DNA from: Gammaproteobacteria bacterium
Lineage (GTDB): Bacteria; Pseudomonadota; Gammaproteobacteria; JBCCGL01
Direction of reading: 5' to 3'
NCBI GenBank assembly: GCA_965277715.1
Contig: OZ255836.1
Coordinates: 3,840,001-3,904,000 of the forward strand
DNA length: 64,000 nucleotides
Part shown: positions 30,449-39,944 of the stretch, in pieces
Layout: every line of letters starts with the position of its first letter
Position numbering within the stretch: position 1 is the stretch's first letter
Position numbers and translations under genes: made by a program
The notes under the pieces: model-generated
The model's input: the letters and a program-made list of their open reading frames with translations, nothing else
Told to the model about the DNA's origin: nothing
The model's database searches: none

Positions 30449-32856
30449 GTAACGCAACACTGCCCGCCGAGGCGCGCATCGTCATTATCGGCGGCGGCAT
30501 TATTGGCTGCTCGACGGCCTACCACCTGGCCAAAATGGGCTGCAACGACGTACTGGTATTGGAGAAAGGCCAGCTCACCTCTGGCTCGACATTCCACGCC
30601 GCTGGCTTGGTGGGTCAGTTGCGCAGCAACGCCAATATCACCCAACTGCTCGGTTATTCGGTCGAGCTGTATCGCTCGCTGGAACAGGAAACCGGGCTGG
30701 CCACAGGCTGGAAGATGAACGGCGGCCTGCGCCTGGCGTGTAACCAACAGCGCTGGACCGAAGTCAAACGCCAGGCGACCACCGCCCACTCCTTTGGCCT
30801 GGATATGCACCTGCTCAGCCCCGCCGAGGCACTCGAACTGTGGCCGATCATGGACACCAGCGACCTGGTGGGGGCGGCTTTCCTGCCCAGTGATGGCCAG
30901 GCCAACCCCTCAGATATTACCCGCTCACTGGCCAGCGGCGCCCGCCGGGCCGGTGTGCAGTTCCACGAGGAGACCAAGGTACAAGGCTTTGCCTTTGAGG
31001 GTGAACGTCTGTGTGGCGTGTGCACCAATCGGGGTGATGTACGGTGCGAGCGCGTGGTTATTTGCGCCGGGCAGTGGTCCCGGCAGCTCGGTCTACTCGC
31101 CGGGGTCAACGTACCGCTGGTATCGATACAACACCAATATCTGATAACCGAGCGCATACCCTCGGTGCCCGCTAACCTCCCCACCCTACGCGACCCGGAT
31201 CGACTCACCTACTTCAAGGAAGACGTGGGCGGATTAGTGATGGGCGGCTACGAGCCGAACCCTATCCCGTGGGCGCAACGCGGTATTCCCGAGGGCTTTA
31301 ACTTCACTCTGTTGGACAACGACTGGGCACACTTCGAACCACTGATGGCGCAGGCCATCGCCCGCGTACCGGCACTGGCAGACGCGGGCGTTAAGCAAAT
31401 GATCAACGGCCCGGAGAGCTTCACGCCAGACGGCAACTTTATTCTCGGCGAAGCGCCCGAGCGCAAAAACGTCTTTGTCGGCGCGGGCTTTAACGCCTTT
31501 GGTATCGCCTCTGGCGGTGGCGCGGGTATGGCCCTGGCCGAGTGGGTATTAAAAGGTGCGCCACCGTTTGACTTATGGCCGGTGGATATCCGCCGTTTTG
31601 GCCAGCCTCACCGCGATGTCGAATGGGTGCGCGAACGCACGCTGGAGGCCTACGCCAAGCACTACACCCTGGCCTGGCCGCACGAAGAACACAGCAGCGG
31701 CCGCCCCTGTCGTCGCTCGCCTTTATACGACAGCCTAAAAGCACAGGGTGCTTGTTTTGGTGAAAAGCTCGGCTGGGAGCGCCCCAACTGGTTTGCCACA
31801 GAGGGTCAGGCAGCGGTCGACCACTACAGCTATGGGCGGCAAAACTGGTTTGACACCGTGGGGGGCGAACACCGCGCCGTGCGTGAGCGGGTGGCAGTAT
31901 TCGATCAAACCTCCTTTACCAAATACCGGGTGCACGGGCCGGATGCAGCGCGGGCGCTGTCATGGCTGTGCGCCAACGACATCGAACGCCCACCGGGTGC
32001 GGTAATCTACACTCAAATGCTCAACGCACGCGGTGGCATAGAGTGTGACCTGACCGTGACCCGCATCGCCGAAAATGACTTTTACCTGATCACCGGCACC
32101 GGCTTCGCCACCCACGATTTTCACTGGATCCGGCGCAATCTACCCGCCGATAGCGACGTGCAGATTGACGATGTGACCTCCGCCTGGGCCGTGCTGTCGC
32201 TGATGGGGCCGCGTTCACGCGAGGTATTGCAATCCCTCACCCCGGTCGACCTGTCGGATGCGGCGTTTCCCTTTGCCACTTTGCAAACCCTGTTTATCAA
32301 AGGCGCGGCAGTGCGTGCGCTGCGTGTCAGCTACGTAGGCGAGCTGGGCTGGGAACTGCACCTGCCGGTCGAACACGCCGCCAGCGTATACACCGCCTTG
32401 TTTGCGGCAGGGCGTGCTCAGGGCATCGTCAACGCCGGGTATCGCGCCATCGAATCCCTGCGCCTGGAAAAACGCTACCGCGCCTGGGGCGCTGATATAG
32501 GCCCGGATCACACACCGTTGGAAGCGGGCCTGGGCTGGGCGGTCAAACTGCACAGCGGGCAAGCCTTTATAGGGCGCGAAGCGTTGCTCAAACAACAGCA
32601 ACAAGGGGTGAATAAAATGCTGGCGTGCTTTGTACTGGATAATGCGCATACCGTACTGCTGGGGCGGGAGACCCTCTACCGCAATGGCGAACGCGTCGGC
32701 TGGTTGTCCAGCGCGGGCTGGGGGTATACACGCAACGCCAACCTGGGTATGGGTTATGTACGCTGTGCCGACGGTGTGGATCACGACTACCTGCGCGTCG
32801 GTAACTACCAACTGGATGTGGCTGGTGAGCGGTTGGCATGTGTGTTATATGAATAA
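30445..32856 (+). CDS. FAD-dependent GcvT-family dehydrogenase (dimethylglycine/sarcosine dehydrogenase-like); C-terminus possibly clipped
   Basis: IIGGGIIG, GSTFHAAG, NGPESFTPDG, GWERPNWF, YVGELGWE, SLRLEK. It ends without the usual PLYDP tail. Confidence 0.92.
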   Translation: MSNATLPAEARIVIIGGGIIGCSTAYHLAKMGCNDVLVLEKGQLTSGSTFHAAGLVGQLRSNANITQLLGYSVELYRSLEQETGLATGWKMNGGLRLACNQQRWTEVKRQATTAHSFGLDMHLLSPAEALELWPIMDTSDLVGAAFLPSDGQANPSDITRSLASGARRAGVQFHEETKVQGFAFEGERLCGVCTNRGDVRCERVVICAGQWSRQLGLLAGVNVPLVSIQHQYLITERIPSVPANLPTLRDPDRLTYFKEDVGGLVMGGYEPNPIPWAQRGIPEGFNFTLLDNDWAHFEPLMAQAIARVPALADAGVKQMINGPESFTPDGNFILGEAPERKNVFVGAGFNAFGIASGGGAGMALAEWVLKGAPPFDLWPVDIRRFGQPHRDVEWVRERTLEAYAKHYTLAWPHEEHSSGRPCRRSPLYDSLKAQGACFGEKLGWERPNWFATEGQAAVDHYSYGRQNWFDTVGGEHRAVRERVAVFDQTSFTKYRVHGPDAARALSWLCANDIERPPGAVIYTQMLNARGGIECDLTVTRIAENDFYLITGTGFATHDFHWIRRNLPADSDVQIDDVTSAWAVLSLMGPRSREVLQSLTPVDLSDAAFPFATLQTLFIKGAAVRALRVSYVGELGWELHLPVEHAASVYTALFAAGRAQGIVNAGYRAIESLRLEKRYRAWGADIGPDHTPLEAGLGWAVKLHSGQAFIGREALLKQQQQGVNKMLACFVLDNAHTVLLGRETLYRNGERVGWLSSAGWGYTRNANLGMGYVRCADGVDHDYLRVGNYQLDVAGERLACVLYE

Positions 32857-32977
32857 CTTCTCTATGTGCTGAACAACTATTGGTTATTGTAATACAACCA
32901 ATAGTTTCATATTGTGTGTTATGAAGAAATACCACCTAAAATAAATACATAAAATGATACATATATAGGGCAGTGTT

Positions 32978-33655
32978 ATGCCTATCGATAAAAAAAATAC
33001 CGCGAAAGAAGCTTACAATGTCCTTGTGGCGGGTGGGCTATGCCTGATGCCCAGCGATGCGGGCTATGTGCTTTTGGGGCACTCGACACCCGCAATAAAA
33101 AAAATATATACCCTGAAAGATCGCCCCCTGACTATTCCCTGCATGGTCATGGCCAATCTGGAAATGCTTGAAGACCTCACCGAAGCGGTCGATAAAAACC
33201 TCCTACAATGGCTGAGCTTAATTACCCGCTTCACCCCGCTGACGGTTGTCTTTCCCATTCGCAAAACGTCACATATTCTGCGTAGCTTGTCCACTTGGGT
33301 TTATCATCAAGCTACTGAGAATGACACTGTTGCCGTCTTCTTAAACAGCGGTGCGGTAGTCGATGAAATGGCAAAGCTGGCATACCGCGACAGTTTTGCG
33401 CTTATCGTCTCATCAGGTAACACCTCCAACGCGGGCAATAACTTTCGCTTACAGGACATACCTAAAAAAATCCGTGACAAAGTCGACTACACAGCGGAGT
33501 CCGGCACAATGAAATACGTCAATCTGGATAAGTGTGCAACGACCATCATCAACCTGGTAAATTTCACGGTAACCAGAGAAGGCATAAACAACGAAATCAT
33601 AACCAGCGAGTACAACCGTTTTGCCGCCGAGCATGGGTTAATCAAACTAAGCTAA
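32978..33655 (+). CDS. Divergent Sua5/YrdC/YciO family protein
   Basis: GG...PSDAGY (cf. PTDTVY), KIY.LKDRP (KxR), SSGNTS (cf. STSAN), TTIINL...REG. Confidence 0.75.
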   Translation: MPIDKKNTAKEAYNVLVAGGLCLMPSDAGYVLLGHSTPAIKKIYTLKDRPLTIPCMVMANLEMLEDLTEAVDKNLLQWLSLITRFTPLTVVFPIRKTSHILRSLSTWVYHQATENDTVAVFLNSGAVVDEMAKLAYRDSFALIVSSGNTSNAGNNFRLQDIPKKIRDKVDYTAESGTMKYVNLDKCATTIINLVNFTVTREGINNEIITSEYNRFAAEHGLIKLS

Positions 33656-34219
33656 ACACCACACAAAAATATTTTTCACCCTTCACCCTTTATTAACCGA
33701 TATTATCAACTTATCAATAACTCAAAACAGAGCAGTAAATGTAAAATCAATAACTGCGTTTTCTAGGATAAAGGATGATCGGTCTTGAGTTTGTTTACAC
33801 TTCGAATGGCGGCGCTAATTACCTTAATTCTGGTGTGTGGTTGAAGTACTCTCTTGTGAAGTAGCTATCGCTAAACAAAAATGAGTATACAACGCGAAAC
33901 TTAAAATTGACCATATGGTAGTTATGATATGGCTGCACTTCATTTTTTATCACTCTGTTAACACGTGTCTACTGATAGATAATCCTTTTGACTCAGAAAT
34001 GAGTAAATCATTGGGTTTTACCTTTTTTAAGAGGTTTGTACAATAATTTTTTATCTTTGCTAATTTTTTACATTAAGTGTGCGTTATTTTTACAATAAAT
34101 ATATTTTTTCTATGCGTAGGGTAGGCAGCGTCAGATAAATAAATTTATCAACAAAACTTAGGAGTATTTATTTTTATTTATTGGCATTTTTTGCGGTTTG
34201 AAGTGCTCGGAGATCTTTT

Positions 34220-36517
34220 GTGAAAGAAATGCGCCCAGAGGTAGAAAAACAAATTGATGGTCTTGAAGACCTGTGGATGCATACGCACGGTGATAATTTA
34301 GTGCGCGTTGCTGTGCTGGATGGCCCTGTGGATTTAAAGCATACCAGTTTTAAGCGATCAAATCTTATTGCTTTAGATCGGTTTAAACAACCCGGAAAAA
34401 TCCATTCATTTCACGGCACTTTTGTTACTAGTCTGATTTTCGCCCAGCACGGTGATCATTTAAAAGGCGTCGCCCCTGGTTGTACAGGCTTGTTAACCAC
34501 AATTTACGGCGAGAAGCCCAACGGCGAGCTGACGGCTTGTACGCAGGAAGATATCGCCGAGGGTATATTGCTGGCATTGTCTAATAACGCACATATTATA
34601 AATATCAGTGGCGGAGAAATCAGTACTGACGACACTGACTTAAAACCCGTTTTACAACATGCACTGGAAAACTGTGAAAGCCAAGGTGTGTTGGTTGTCG
34701 CTGCAGCCGGCAATAATGGTAGTGATGTGATGCATGTGCCCGCACGTTACCCCAACGTTTTGGCTGTAGGGTCATTTCGAGTGGGTGGTGCCCCTTTGTC
34801 GTTCAGTAATTGGTCCGCAGACAAAGCACACGGTATTGCCATACCAGGTGAGTATTTTTACGGTGCGATGCCGACAAGCCGCGATAAGGGAATAACGATG
34901 CTATCCGGTACAAGCTTTTCGACGGCTGTGATGAGTGGTATTGCTGCGTTGCTGGCATCGTTACAGACCTCGAATGGTGAGCCCGTCGATATGCTGATGA
35001 TTCGGCGTGCTTTACTTGATACGGCTGTTCCCTGCCATGCCGATGACGGCGTTGATTGTCGGCGTTTATTGGCGGGAAAGCTCGATTTAAAAGCGGCAAT
35101 GGGCCGTGTACTACACGGACAAAAGCCTCTCAGTATATCCAAGGCTAATCCATTGCATCACGTTCAGTGTGCCGCTTCCAATTTTTTTCCATCCACCCAA
35201 GAGGACTATACAATGATAAGTTCAGAAGATGTACCCGCAGTCAACACCGTGGCGCCAGCCACTGTGGCTGAAGTAGCTGTCGATAATCACAGTGACGTTG
35301 GCAGTGCTGTTAATTCAGCCGGTTTGTCGGCCGCTGAAACCGGTGTGGTTTCAGAAGTACCTGCCTTAAATGTGGCACCGCAGCCAGTGTGTGCCTGTGC
35401 ACCCACGGCGAATGTTGTGGCGTCCAGTCGTCTAAGTAATATACCTTTCCCCACACCAAACGAGGGGGAACAAGCATTGTTCAGTAATTGTCAGTTGGTT
35501 TTTTCCATCGGTGAACTATCGTACAACTTTGGCAATGAATCGAATAGTGACACATTTAAAGCCAGTATTCGCAGCTGGTATAAACATCTAGATCCAAAAT
35601 TGAAAGGTCTGCTCAGCGACTCGCCATACAGCCACCAGACAATGGCCGCCTTTTTATTATGGAATAACGGTGAGTATGGCATGATGGCTTCGCGATTAAT
35701 TTGGACACTGACAATCGATGCAGCGCCGCTTTATAGTTTTAATATCGACAATAACCCTTTTTCCAGTGAGTTTTATAGATTATTGCCACTGTATCTTGCT
35801 TACTCTTTAGGCTTTACTTCAGTGGATGTTAAGTGGATCGAAAGTCTAGGTTCGAAGAAGCCGTTAGAACCTACTAATGTTTCAGACCCACTGGGTCGTG
35901 ATGATATGTTGGCACGCATTTCTATGGGGGGCTGGGTGTGCGGTAACTCTACATTATCTAACCATCAGGTTATTTATTCGGTGAGAGCCACCGCAGATAT
36001 GTTTAATCTGTGGACGATAGATGATCTTTGTACCGGGAAAAATGCAAATAAACATCCGCACTCATCGAAGAGCGAAAAAAGTGCAAATAAACATCCGCAC
36101 TCATCGAAGAGTGAAAAGAGTGCAAATGAACATCCGCACTCATCGAAGAGTGAAAAGAGTGCAAATGAACATCTGCACCAATTGTTGCGTCGACTTTATC
36201 TAGCGACACGTAATAGCGGTTTGACGGCTGACGAACGTGCGCTTAATTACGCAGTGTATAACATCGTTTTTCTAGAAGAAATTCTTAACGAACAACAATC
36301 ACAAAATGGGCAGTTTTATTCGCACACAATAACACCCTCTTCATTCCTACGCCGTAACTCACTGATGCGCGATGTACGTATGACCTTCTTTAACCCTAGC
36401 GATACGAATCAGGCGGCGACTACCTACAGCATGACCATCGACCTGACGGATACTATGCCAGTCTTCGTTGGCAATATCGAAAAGTTCAGCAATCCGGTCA
36501 GTGTCGTTACCCCTTGA
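34220..36517 (+). CDS. PatA/PatG-family (cyanobactin maturation-type) S8 serine protease with C-terminal PatG-DUF domains
   Basis: Triad VAVLDGPVD / HGTFV / SGTSFS, oxyanion AAAGNNG, INISGG; DUF motifs LVFSIGELSYNFG, ERALNY, FFNP, TIDLTDTMPV. Confidence 0.9.
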   Translation: MKEMRPEVEKQIDGLEDLWMHTHGDNLVRVAVLDGPVDLKHTSFKRSNLIALDRFKQPGKIHSFHGTFVTSLIFAQHGDHLKGVAPGCTGLLTTIYGEKPNGELTACTQEDIAEGILLALSNNAHIINISGGEISTDDTDLKPVLQHALENCESQGVLVVAAAGNNGSDVMHVPARYPNVLAVGSFRVGGAPLSFSNWSADKAHGIAIPGEYFYGAMPTSRDKGITMLSGTSFSTAVMSGIAALLASLQTSNGEPVDMLMIRRALLDTAVPCHADDGVDCRRLLAGKLDLKAAMGRVLHGQKPLSISKANPLHHVQCAASNFFPSTQEDYTMISSEDVPAVNTVAPATVAEVAVDNHSDVGSAVNSAGLSAAETGVVSEVPALNVAPQPVCACAPTANVVASSRLSNIPFPTPNEGEQALFSNCQLVFSIGELSYNFGNESNSDTFKASIRSWYKHLDPKLKGLLSDSPYSHQTMAAFLLWNNGEYGMMASRLIWTLTIDAAPLYSFNIDNNPFSSEFYRLLPLYLAYSLGFTSVDVKWIESLGSKKPLEPTNVSDPLGRDDMLARISMGGWVCGNSTLSNHQVIYSVRATADMFNLWTIDDLCTGKNANKHPHSSKSEKSANKHPHSSKSEKSANEHPHSSKSEKSANEHLHQLLRRLYLATRNSGLTADERALNYAVYNIVFLEEILNEQQSQNGQFYSHTITPSSFLRRNSLMRDVRMTFFNPSDTNQAATTYSMTIDLTDTMPVFVGNIEKFSNPVSVVTP
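36043..36178 (+). repeat. In-frame 39-bp tandem repeat, about 3.5 copies (AN[K/E]HPHSSKSEKS)
   Basis: Units start at 36043, 36082, 36121 and 36160. Confidence 0.95.
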
Positions 36518-36552
36518 GTTTGTGCAATCACCCATTTGGGTGATAAGCAAAC
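36518..36552 (+). other. Stem-loop between the protease and precursor genes
   Basis: GTTTG..ATCACCC-attt-GGGTGAT..CAAAC. Confidence 0.5.
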
Positions 36553-36626
36553 GGCCGTACCAGGGGTCGTGAGTGGAAATTTGGTTCCATCTGGTTTTAT
36601 ATTAATCTTATTTGAGGAATACTCTT

Positions 36627-36821
36627 ATGAAAACATTGATTCACGAAGTATCTAAAACCCATTCACACATGAAAGTACGTAAACCGATGCAACTTGCGGC
36701 CGTCGAGCGCACACCTTATGAGGCAAATGCCGTTACCGTTGGTGCGAATGCCTCTTTCGGTTGGGGTGAATTAGGGCGCATTGGTCTAGGTGCACTGGCA
36801 GGTGGCTTAGCTGCGTTGTAA
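36627..36821 (+). CDS. Putative RiPP/bacteriocin precursor (64 aa) with a PatA-type cleavage site
   Basis: Strong SD GAGGA at 36614-36618. The leader ends GANAS (cf. G(L/V)(E/D)AS) and the core is FGWGELGRIGLGALAGGLAAL. Confidence 0.75.
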   Translation: MKTLIHEVSKTHSHMKVRKPMQLAAVERTPYEANAVTVGANASFGWGELGRIGLGALAGGLAAL

Positions 36822-36835
36822 TCGCGTCAGGTAGT

Positions 36836-36865
36836 GTGGGTGTCGTATGCTAATACGGCACCCAC
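36836..36865 (+). terminator. 13-bp hairpin directly after the precursor gene
   Basis: GTGGGTGTCGTAT-gcta-ATACGGCACCCAC; no clear U-tract. Confidence 0.55.
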
Positions 36866-37146
36866 TGCCTTACCATAGAACCACTATGACGTGCCAGTGC
36901 GCCTTGTTCAGCGTCAACAGTACACCGTCTACCTTGTATTGGCGGGTTAATATATGGGATCTAGGCGCCTTATACCAACCTCCAGCAAACGCTGCGATGA
37001 CGACAACAAAGCCTTACCTGTCGCTTTCTGGTATATCGGTATTTTTAGCCTTGCAATAGGCTTGCTGATCGGTGGGAGGCTGTGAAATATCCGCTTTTCC
37101 CGATTCTGATTCCGATCTCCTCTCCACTGATTAGGGGTGCATAACC

Positions 37147-38064
37147 ATGGCGACCGATAGCGATCAAAAACAGCAGATTATCCATTTTTTACGCGGCTTT
37201 ACCGCCGAGACGACTCCCGGTTCAGCGCTCAAGGTCGCCGATTTTCGGGCGCATCTGCAAGCGGGTACAGTGGTCTATATCACGTTCCTGCCCGGTTCTG
37301 ACTTTGCCGATACGATTGCCGTTGCCCGTCGCCTGAAAGACGAAGGGTTTAAGCCGGTGCCGCATTTTGCTGCGCGCAGTATTCCCAACCGGCAATTTCT
37401 TGAAGACAACCTGAAAAGACTGGTCGAAGAAGTGGGTATAGACCAGGTACTGGCGATTGCCGGTGCGGTGGATAAGCCCGTGGGCGAGTACAGCGACTCG
37501 ACACAATTGCTCGACACCGGCTTATTCGATAAATACGGCATCAAAAAAATCGGCCTTGCAGGTCACCCGGAAGGCAGCCCGGATATGTCAGACGAGGCGA
37601 TCATGGCCGCGTTAAAATGGAAAAACAGCTTCGCTGAAAAAACCGATGCCGCGATGTACCTGGTCACACAATTCTGCTTTGAAGCCGCGCCCATTATCGC
37701 CTGGGATAAAATGTTACAGGCCGAGGGCAACAAACTGCCCATCTATATCGGCTTGCCGGGGCTGGCGACACTAAAATCACTGCTCGCCCACGCCAGGGCC
37801 TGCGGTGTGGGTGCCTCAATGAAAATACTGACCAAACAGGCAAAAAACATTACCAAGCTATTGGTGGTGCAGGCCCCGGATAAGCAACTTATCGACCTCG
37901 CCGCCTACCACGCTAACGATCCGGCCTGCGGTATTGCCGGTGTGCATATGTACCCGCTGGGTGGTTTGCGGCGCAGCGCACAGTGGAGTTATGCGGTGAC
38001 CGATGGCCAGTTTACAATAAACGCCAAAGGGAATGGGTTTACACTCAATGTAGCGATTGACTGA
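37147..38064 (+). CDS. metF: Methylenetetrahydrofolate reductase family protein
   Basis: PVPHFAAR, AGHPEG, VTQFCF, IGLPG, GVHMYPLGG. Confidence 0.8.
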   Translation: MATDSDQKQQIIHFLRGFTAETTPGSALKVADFRAHLQAGTVVYITFLPGSDFADTIAVARRLKDEGFKPVPHFAARSIPNRQFLEDNLKRLVEEVGIDQVLAIAGAVDKPVGEYSDSTQLLDTGLFDKYGIKKIGLAGHPEGSPDMSDEAIMAALKWKNSFAEKTDAAMYLVTQFCFEAAPIIAWDKMLQAEGNKLPIYIGLPGLATLKSLLAHARACGVGASMKILTKQAKNITKLLVVQAPDKQLIDLAAYHANDPACGIAGVHMYPLGGLRRSAQWSYAVTDGQFTINAKGNGFTLNVAID

Positions 38065-38148
38065 GGTATCACCAACGGTTCACCTCGGCTTTTCTGATGC
38101 GTGACCTGGCTAAACTCATTACTTCCATGCCCATTGACTGATAACCAC

Positions 38149-39633
38149 ATGAACGATGATCAACAATGCCTGCAATTTATTCTGTGCGGTGCCCAGGGGC
38201 ACGGTAAATCGACACTGTTGAGCAGCCTGGCAGATCATTGTCAGGTCATCGATGCACCACCTGCTTTTTTATCCGATACGCTTTCAACCGACTACTGCTG
38301 TTTTACCAGTGATAAACGTGCGTTTATCGGCGTCGATATACCGGGGGCGCAGCTACACACGCTGGCAACTGCCGCCTTGTCTGCCCAGCTTGCCATTGTC
38401 GTTGTCGATGCCCATGACGGTATACAGGCTCAATCGCGGCTGCACACCTATACAGCGGCGTTGCTGGGTGTGCGCCAGTGGTTGTTAGTGGTCAACGGCA
38501 TGGACCGTGTGGAATTTGATCTGAATATAGTTGACACCATTGCCGCAGACTACCGTGCCTTTGCGCAGCGCGTGGGGATTGACACTGTAGAGGTAATCCC
38601 GGTTTCAGCCTTGACGGGGGCGCACATTGTGCAGCGTGACGGTGCCGTCAGTGATTACACCGGCCCGGCACTGCTGACCTGGCTGGAAAATACTGCCGTG
38701 AACACTGATACCCCGGTGCCTGCTGATAACCCAGGCGATGAAGCCGATCAGTTTGCCGCCCATATCGTCTGGACAGATAAACAACCCCTGTTACCAGAGC
38801 GACCCTATGCAGCGCAGTTCGGTAGGTTAACAACCACGGCGCAAATCACCGATCTGGTGCACCGCGTCGACGTTGAGACACGCGGTAAATCGGCGATAAA
38901 GACTCTGGGTGAAAACCAGATAGGTTATTGCAAATTAGCGCTCGACAGGGCTGTTGCGTTCGATACGGACAATGCGTTTACCCTCAGCGACAAATACACC
39001 CATGCTACCTTGGGCGTCGGCGTTATCGACTTCGCCCTGCGCCGTGCCAGCAATATCGAGTGGCACGACATGAAAGTCGATAAGGCAGCGCGGGCGCGGG
39101 CCAACCGGCAAACGCCCTGTGTGCTGTGGTTTACCGGCCTTTCCGGTTCGGGAAAATCCACCATCGCCGACCGTTTGGAGCAACAGCTCCACGCACTGGG
39201 TAAACGTACTTACCTGATGGACGGCGACAACGTGCGCCATGGGTTGAACAAAGACCTGGGCTTTACCGACCAGGATCGGGTGGAAAATATCCGCCGCATC
39301 GCCGAAGTCGCCAAGCTCATGGTCGACGCCGGGCTGATCGTATTGACCTCGTTTATTTCTCCGTTTCGGGCGGAGCGGCAAATGGCGCGTGATTTGATGG
39401 GGGAGGGTGAGTTTATTGAAGTGTTTGTCGATACACCGTTGGCGGTGTGCGAACAGCGTGACCCCAAGGGCCTGTATAAAAAAGCGCGCAGTGGTGCCCT
39501 GAAAAACTTTACCGGTATCGATTCGGATTACCAGGCACCGGACAATGCAGAGATCGTCTTGAAAAGTGGCGAGGTCGATGCGGAGGTGTTGGCGGGGCAA
39601 GTTGTGGCGTATTTGCAGTTGGGTGAGCCGTAG
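38149..39633 (+). CDS. cysC: Adenylyl-sulfate kinase fused to a degenerate CysN-like N-terminus
   Basis: Intact CysC motifs ([28 protein letters not shown]). N-terminal [13 protein letters not shown] and NGMD are altered GTPase motifs. Confidence 0.85.
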   Translation: MNDDQQCLQFILCGAQGHGKSTLLSSLADHCQVIDAPPAFLSDTLSTDYCCFTSDKRAFIGVDIPGAQLHTLATAALSAQLAIVVVDAHDGIQAQSRLHTYTAALLGVRQWLLVVNGMDRVEFDLNIVDTIAADYRAFAQRVGIDTVEVIPVSALTGAHIVQRDGAVSDYTGPALLTWLENTAVNTDTPVPADNPGDEADQFAAHIVWTDKQPLLPERPYAAQFGRLTTTAQITDLVHRVDVETRGKSAIKTLGENQIGYCKLALDRAVAFDTDNAFTLSDKYTHATLGVGVIDFALRRASNIEWHDMKVDKAARARANRQTPCVLWFTGLSGSGKSTIADRLEQQLHALGKRTYLMDGDNVRHGLNKDLGFTDQDRVENIRRIAEVAKLMVDAGLIVLTSFISPFRAERQMARDLMGEGEFIEVFVDTPLAVCEQRDPKGLYKKARSGALKNFTGIDSDYQAPDNAEIVLKSGEVDAEVLAGQVVAYLQLGEP

Positions 39634-39944
39634 ATGTCTATATCTGTGCAAAACAATACACAACCTTTATTACAAGATCCTGGCTTTAATCACCACCAGC
39701 CAGAAAGCGACTTATGCTGTGCCTAGAATAAAGGGGGTAAAAAATTGACCTATAATAGTGCCGCCATTATAGTAGCTCTATTGATTGAAGTAGTAGAATT
39801 AGAATTAGTATAAAACCAAATGTCGAGCGCGTTTCCTCAAAGTTTAATCTGCCTGTTAATGTAGTCAATTGGCTTGCCGAAACAGTGCCAACAGGCAAAC
39901 GCTTGCCCTTTTTGGGGTTATCGCCGCCAGGGGTGGGGTGCGCG

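Noticed and set aside
30445-32856. DmdA (DMSP demethylase)
   Set aside because: This protein has an N-terminal FAD domain and is about 800 aa, whereas DmdA is a GcvT-only protein.
36043-36178. 39-bp repeats as a CRISPR array
   Set aside because: The copies are contiguous with no spacers and lie in frame within a CDS.
34220-36821. A canonical cyanobactin (cyclic peptide) cluster
   Set aside because: There is no PatG-type macrocyclase insertion, follower sequence, LAELSEE leader or tailoring gene.
36847-37059. 70-aa ORF as an immunity gene, second precursor or displaced GcvT tail (LGALYQP)
   Set aside because: It starts inside the hairpin, has no SD and no leader similarity, and the motif match is too short to support.
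37060-37146. SAM or other riboswitch upstream of metF
   Set aside because: No recognisable conserved aptamer motif.
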